From contig OZ242029.1 of the NCBI GenBank assembly GCA_965205015.1, positions 2,720,001 to 2,784,000 of the forward strand: a stretch of DNA of 64,000 nt. Reading direction: 5' to 3'. The position numbers and the translations under genes are program-made. Positions 59,481-64,000 of the stretch are shown one piece after another. The number at the start of each line of letters is the position of its first letter. Positions within the stretch are counted from its first letter, which is position 1. The notes beneath the pieces were generated by a model. It did no database searches. It was not told the origin of the DNA and saw only the letters and a list, made by a program, of their open reading frames with translations. The stretch comes from Candidatus Poribacteria bacterium (GTDB lineage: Bacteria; Poribacteria; WGA-4E; WGA-3G).

Positions 59481-60119
59481 ATGCATAACAAACGAGTTTT
59501 CTATAGGATGGGACTGCCCCTTTTTTCGATGGTGATGGCGATGCTTCTCTGCTGTGTGGCTTTCATGGGATGTCCCGAAGCAGAGCAGATGACAGACAAT
59601 GTCCTACAGCCTCCGACAACAGATCCCAATGTGAATCCAAACGTAGACCCGAATATTGATCCCAATGTGGATCCGAATGCGGATCCGAAACCGGAAACCG
59701 TGGCACCGCTCCCCGCAGGCACCGTCGTCTTTGTGGAACCCAGACAGATGACCTCACCCGCCCCTGGGCAGCAACTACAGGTTCGGATTAATATCAAGGG
59801 TGCCGCAGATGTCTTGGCTTACGAAGCAACCGTCGGTTTCGATCCCACAGCACTCCGCTATGTGAGCATTGAGAATGCGGATTACCTCCCGACGGGCGCG
59901 TTTGCGTCGCCGCCACAGGTCACTGCGAACAGCGTCTACCTCGCAGCGACCTCCCTAACAGACACCGCAGCGCGAGTAAGCGGGACACTGGCGATTGTAA
60001 CATTTGAGGTAGTATCTGCCAAAGCCTCCACGATTACGCTCAGCAAGGTGTTGCTCTCCGATAGCAACGCCACCGCGTTAGACTTTACCAGCGTAGATGG
60101 TAAAGTTCGCGCCCCATAG
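59481..60119 (+). CDS. Lipoprotein with DPNV-repeat linker and cohesin-like domain
   Basis: Lipobox AFMGC; (D/N)PN(V/I/A) x5; VGFDPTALRYVS...GTLAIVTFEV. Confidence 0.85.
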   Translation: MHNKRVFYRMGLPLFSMVMAMLLCCVAFMGCPEAEQMTDNVLQPPTTDPNVNPNVDPNIDPNVDPNADPKPETVAPLPAGTVVFVEPRQMTSPAPGQQLQVRINIKGAADVLAYEATVGFDPTALRYVSIENADYLPTGAFASPPQVTANSVYLAATSLTDTAARVSGTLAIVTFEVVSAKASTITLSKVLLSDSNATALDFTSVDGKVRAP

Positions 60120-60174
60120 AGAAGCGGTTTGTAGGCGTGAACCCCTTTATCTGAAAAATAAAAGGAGATAAGAC

Positions 60175-63100
60175 ATGAAAACTTTATTGAAAACGAACCT
60201 ATCTTTTCTCTGTCTCGTAGTGCTGTTGTGTTTCGGCATAACGTCCATGAGTTACGGGCAAGCCGTGATTTCTGTAGACCCGGCAGAGAGCGTCTCCCCT
60301 GCAGTCGGTTCACAACTGACGATCCGTCTGAATATCAGCAACGGTCAAAACGTTGCTGGCTATGACATGAGTGTGAATTTCGATACGAGTGCACTGCGGT
60401 ATGTTTCAAGTGCCACCGGAAGTTACCTGCCGAGTGGTGCGCTCTTTCTGCCCCCAGCAGTTTCGGATGGCATAGTGACGCTGGTAGCCCTCCCTGTCTC
60501 AGGAGCAGCATCAAGTCGCAGTGGTACGCTTGCGAGCGTGACGTTTTCGGTGATTGCCGTGAAAGCGTCGACACTTCGACTCACACGGGTCTTCCTCATG
60601 GATAGTAGTGCCAATGGTCTCAGCGTGTCAGTGAGAAACGGCAGCATTGTTGAGAGACGTGGGGCGAAATGGGATATCAACGGGGATGGGACGGTGAACG
60701 TCTTGGACCTAGTGAGGGTCGCGACGAGTTTGGGGAGCCAGAATGCCGGTACGGACATCAACGGGGATGGGACGGTGAACGTCTTGGACCTGGTGACGGT
60801 CGCGCAACACCTCGGTGAAAGTGTTGGGACACCCGACACTCCGTCGGTGGTACCACCGCCCGTGGCACTCCTTCCTGAGACCACAAGAGATGATCACATG
60901 TCTCATTTTGAGTCGTGCCAGGCCATAGATCCACGCCTCAGCACCGGTGACGGGGACTCGACTATCAAATACGCAGTTGGTTATACAAAATACGTATGGA
61001 CTGCCGTGGATACCGTAGACCCTAATGATAGCAATTCAGATCTGGTGCTTACAGTTAAATTCATAAAGGGCTCGCGGGACGAACGAAAGCTCGTCGAAGA
61101 GGTGGCTCCCACATGGACCAAGGGGGATGTCCCCTTTACCTTTAGATTCGTGGACAGGGGTCCCTCTGACATACGCGTCGGGTTCGATTCCAACCTGGGC
61201 AATCAATCCCTGCTCGGCACGGAGGCCAATCGTGTAGAGGGAGCAACCATGAACCTTGTCCTAGAGGGTGCCAGGCATCCCGAGCGTCCTATTTTACACG
61301 AATTCGGACACGCCTTGGGCTTGGGGCATGAACATCAAAACCCCGCATCCCCCATCTCGTGGGACAGAGAAGAAGTGATTAAGGATGTCAAAAACCGGTG
61401 GGGGTGGTCTGAGGAGGAGATAATAGATAATATATTGACAGGGATCAATATAAATCATGCGAATTTTACGGAATTTGACCCGGAGTCTATCATGATTTAT
61501 CCGATTCCTGAAAATTGGACCCTTGATGGTTTTACAAGAGGTTGGAACCTGAAGTTGTCGAGCACAGACAAAACCTTTATACGTGACCTATACTCTGGTA
61601 GCCCGTTTGATGAGTTTGATAACCCGTTTGGTCGAGTGGAGATACCAATGGTACGGATACCCGGCGGCGCATTTCAGATGGGCAGTAATAGTGGATCTGA
61701 CATGGAGAAACCCGCCCATTCGGTGTATGTGGATGCGTTCTACATGGATAAGTATCAGGTAACGAATACGCAATATGTGGAGTTCCTGAATGAAAAGGGC
61801 AAACACACCGAAAACGGCAGGCCCTGGGTGAAACCTTCTGAGAATAGGGGTATTGTATACAGCGATGGGGCCTACCGTGCGGGAGCAGGGTATGGGAATC
61901 TCCCTGCTCGTGTGACTTGGTATGGAGCAATGGCATACGCGAAATGGAAAGGGAAGCGTTTGCCGACGGAGGCGGAATGGGAGAAAGCGGCGCGTGGCGG
62001 TCTAACAGGCAAAAAATATCCGTGGGGTAACACCCTGGATCGCACGAAAGTGGCCGACGCGGAATTTATTGGTGAACCTGAGCGTCCTATTGAACAGCAA
62101 CCTAAATGGGAAGTCGGGCAGTATCCTCCGAATGGATATGGTTTATACGATATGGTCGGAGGTGCGGGCGAGTGGTGTTTAGACCCGTATGTTGTAAATC
62201 GCTATGCTTTTGGCTATGCTTTCTCCTCTCGAATTAATCCGATGCCAGATTGGAGTATCCAGTGGTTATTGGATAACTACACACAAATTGAGTCTTCCCG
62301 CATCTCTCGCGGCGGTCACTCGGGCAGTCCTTGGGCCGTCTTCCAGCGCGGTAGTTTTGGACCCCTCCCCGATGGATCGAGCGGTCAAGATGGTTTTCGT
62401 TGTGTGAGGTCAGACTGGACGCCGAGGCCGCCGACTGCAGCAATAGACGGTATTCCGATAGAAGTAGAAGGCATGATGCTCATCCCTGCGGGCAAGTTTC
62501 AGATGGGTCAAACGGAGGACATCTGGGAGGTGATTCAGGGTGATGAGAGGCACAGTTTTGGTATTGTGCTCCGGGTCCACTTAGATGCGTTTTACATGGA
62601 TAAATACGAGGTGACGAATGCACAATACAAGAAGTTTGTGGATGCGAATCCGGAGTGGCAGAAGAATCGTATTCCGGCGTCATTCCACGATGGGGATTAC
62701 CTGCGGCACTGGAATGGCAACGAATATCCGGCAGGTAAAGCGAACCATCCTGTGGAGTTTGTATCGTGGTATGCGGCGATGGCATACGCCAAGTGGGCGG
62801 GTAAGCGTTTACCGACGGAGGCGGAATGGGAGAAAGCGGCGCGTGGCGGTTTCAGAGCCAGAAAGTATCCGTGGGGCGATGATAGCATAAAGGCCAGCAA
62901 TGGGAATATCTTTAGTGGGAGGAGCACGGAGGTTGGGCAGTATCCTGCCAATGGATATGGTCTATACGATATGGCTGGGAACGTTGAGGAATGGTGTTTA
63001 GACGAGTTTACTTTTTTTCCTCCATTTTTATCATCAGAACCGAATCCGGTGGCAGGTGAGAACAGCATCCAGTGGCTATTAGATAACTATACACGAGTTA

Positions 63101-63264
63101 ATTCTGGCCGTGTGCTGCGCGGCGGTTACTACGGCGAAGGCGGTGGGGCTTATACCGAGAGCCTGCGCGTAGACTATCGCGAAAGTATCGCCGAACCCCG
63201 GAGTGCCAACAGTGCCATCGGTTTTCGCTGTGTGAAGTCTGTATCGGCGAGTGGGTCAAGGTAA
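60175..63264 (+). CDS. Secreted protein: cohesin + dockerin-like EF-hand pair + astacin-like (M12A) protease + 2 FGE-sulfatase/CLec domains
   Basis: FDTSALRYV..GTLASVTF; DINGDGTVNVLDL x2; HEFGHALGLGHEH + SIMIY Met-turn; RLPTEAEWEKAARGG, NGYGLYDM and GFRCV each twice. Confidence 0.92.
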   Translation: MKTLLKTNLSFLCLVVLLCFGITSMSYGQAVISVDPAESVSPAVGSQLTIRLNISNGQNVAGYDMSVNFDTSALRYVSSATGSYLPSGALFLPPAVSDGIVTLVALPVSGAASSRSGTLASVTFSVIAVKASTLRLTRVFLMDSSANGLSVSVRNGSIVERRGAKWDINGDGTVNVLDLVRVATSLGSQNAGTDINGDGTVNVLDLVTVAQHLGESVGTPDTPSVVPPPVALLPETTRDDHMSHFESCQAIDPRLSTGDGDSTIKYAVGYTKYVWTAVDTVDPNDSNSDLVLTVKFIKGSRDERKLVEEVAPTWTKGDVPFTFRFVDRGPSDIRVGFDSNLGNQSLLGTEANRVEGATMNLVLEGARHPERPILHEFGHALGLGHEHQNPASPISWDREEVIKDVKNRWGWSEEEIIDNILTGININHANFTEFDPESIMIYPIPENWTLDGFTRGWNLKLSSTDKTFIRDLYSGSPFDEFDNPFGRVEIPMVRIPGGAFQMGSNSGSDMEKPAHSVYVDAFYMDKYQVTNTQYVEFLNEKGKHTENGRPWVKPSENRGIVYSDGAYRAGAGYGNLPARVTWYGAMAYAKWKGKRLPTEAEWEKAARGGLTGKKYPWGNTLDRTKVADAEFIGEPERPIEQQPKWEVGQYPPNGYGLYDMVGGAGEWCLDPYVVNRYAFGYAFSSRINPMPDWSIQWLLDNYTQIESSRISRGGHSGSPWAVFQRGSFGPLPDGSSGQDGFRCVRSDWTPRPPTAAIDGIPIEVEGMMLIPAGKFQMGQTEDIWEVIQGDERHSFGIVLRVHLDAFYMDKYEVTNAQYKKFVDANPEWQKNRIPASFHDGDYLRHWNGNEYPAGKANHPVEFVSWYAAMAYAKWAGKRLPTEAEWEKAARGGFRARKYPWGDDSIKASNGNIFSGRSTEVGQYPANGYGLYDMAGNVEEWCLDEFTFFPPFLSSEPNPVAGENSIQWLLDNYTRVNSGRVLRGGYYGEGGGAYTESLRVDYRESIAEPRSANSAIGFRCVKSVSASGSR

Positions 63265-63440
63265 TTATAGGTTTACTTAGGACTGACGCACGCTGCTGTT
63301 TTGTAGCCTAACGTGTTAGGTTGTGCCGTTACACGTGTGAGGCTATAGGGGCTTGCGATTGAATAGGGCATGGGGACAAGTCAGGCAAAACGTATCCATC
63401 CTCAATTCTTTACCGAAAAACACTTTTAAGGAGGTCATCC

Positions 63441-64000
63441 GTGAAAAAAGTTTTTCTGATGGGTCTACTGTGTCTGGAAATCATCGGAAAAAGCCATGGA
63501 CAAACTGTGGTCTTCATAGACCCAGCTGAAGTGAACGTCCCCGACATTGGTATGCAAATCGACCTGAGTCTCAAGATATCCAACGGCAGCGGTATCGCTG
63601 GATATAAGGTGACGGTGGGCTTTGATCCGACAGTCCTGCACTATGTTGAGATGAAGAGTAGCACCTCCCTCGCTGCGGATACCGTTATCGCACTCACCGA
63701 AGTCTCAGCGGGGCGCATAACGCTCGCAGGGACCTCAGCTGCAGCGGCTGCTTCTAACGGTGATATCCTGGCGGTACTCACGTTCGAAGTTGTTGCTGCA
63801 AGACCCACCACGCTCCGCTTAATAGAGGTGATCCTCTCGGATAGCGCTGCGAATATGCGACCCGTGCGGACGCGAGATGCGAGGGTCGTCGTCGGGGAGG
63901 TGTCGGCGTGGGACCTCAATGGTGATGGTCACGTGAATGGGGTTGACCTGATATTCGCCGCGCGTAACTTCGGTAAAACCGGCTCGTCTCGAGTGGATGT
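63441..64000 (+). CDS. Secreted cohesin + dockerin-like protein, partial (runs off the window)
   Basis: AAGGAGG RBS, GTG start; manual translation ...SHGQTVVFIDP...GFDPTVLHYV...GDILAVLTFEV...WDLNGDGHVNGVDLIFAARNFG. Confidence 0.88.
   Translation, partial: MKKVFLMGLLCLEIIGKSHGQTVVFIDPAEVNVPDIGMQIDLSLKISNGSGIAGYKVTVGFDPTVLHYVEMKSSTSLAADTVIALTEVSAGRITLAGTSAAAAASNGDILAVLTFEVVAARPTTLRLIEVILSDSAANMRPVRTRDARVVVGEVSAWDLNGDGHVNGVDLIFAARNFGKTGSSRVD

Noticed and set aside
60175-64000. Complete diversity-generating retroelement
   Set aside because: No reverse transcriptase, Avd or template repeat in the window; kept only as a possible remote target.

Overview
About 64 kb of a diderm bacterial chromosome at roughly 50% GC. 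The gene content and repeat families suggest Candidatus Poribacteria or a similar sponge-symbiont lineage (inference). Core blocks: a PyrR-attenuated pyrR-pyrC-carA-carB operon lacking pyrB, an lpxL-lptC-lptA-lptB-rpoN-hpf-valS-thioesterase-nadB run, gatB, potA, a MATE transporter and a lytic transglycosylase. Accessory content: toxin-antitoxin modules, an orphaned TdeIII-type methyltransferase, a decaying defence island (about 22.6-30.7 kb) with an intact IS4-superfamily element and an IS3 remnant, and many small intergenic repeats (REP/REPIN-like, Correia-like MITEs, heptamer arrays). The best candidate for an undescribed system is at 59-64 kb: three tandem genes encoding a cohesin lipoprotein and secreted cohesin+dockerin proteins, one carrying an astacin-like protease and two FGE/C-type-lectin domains. 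Other leads: a membrane-spanning HsdR_N nuclease-TM-Zn protein, a ~100 aa insertion in sigma54, a convergent sense/antisense structured RNA before a methyltransferase, and a repeat end reused as a translation-initiation region. All protein calls come from motif recognition by eye; no searches were run. No rRNA, tRNA or CRISPR array was seen.
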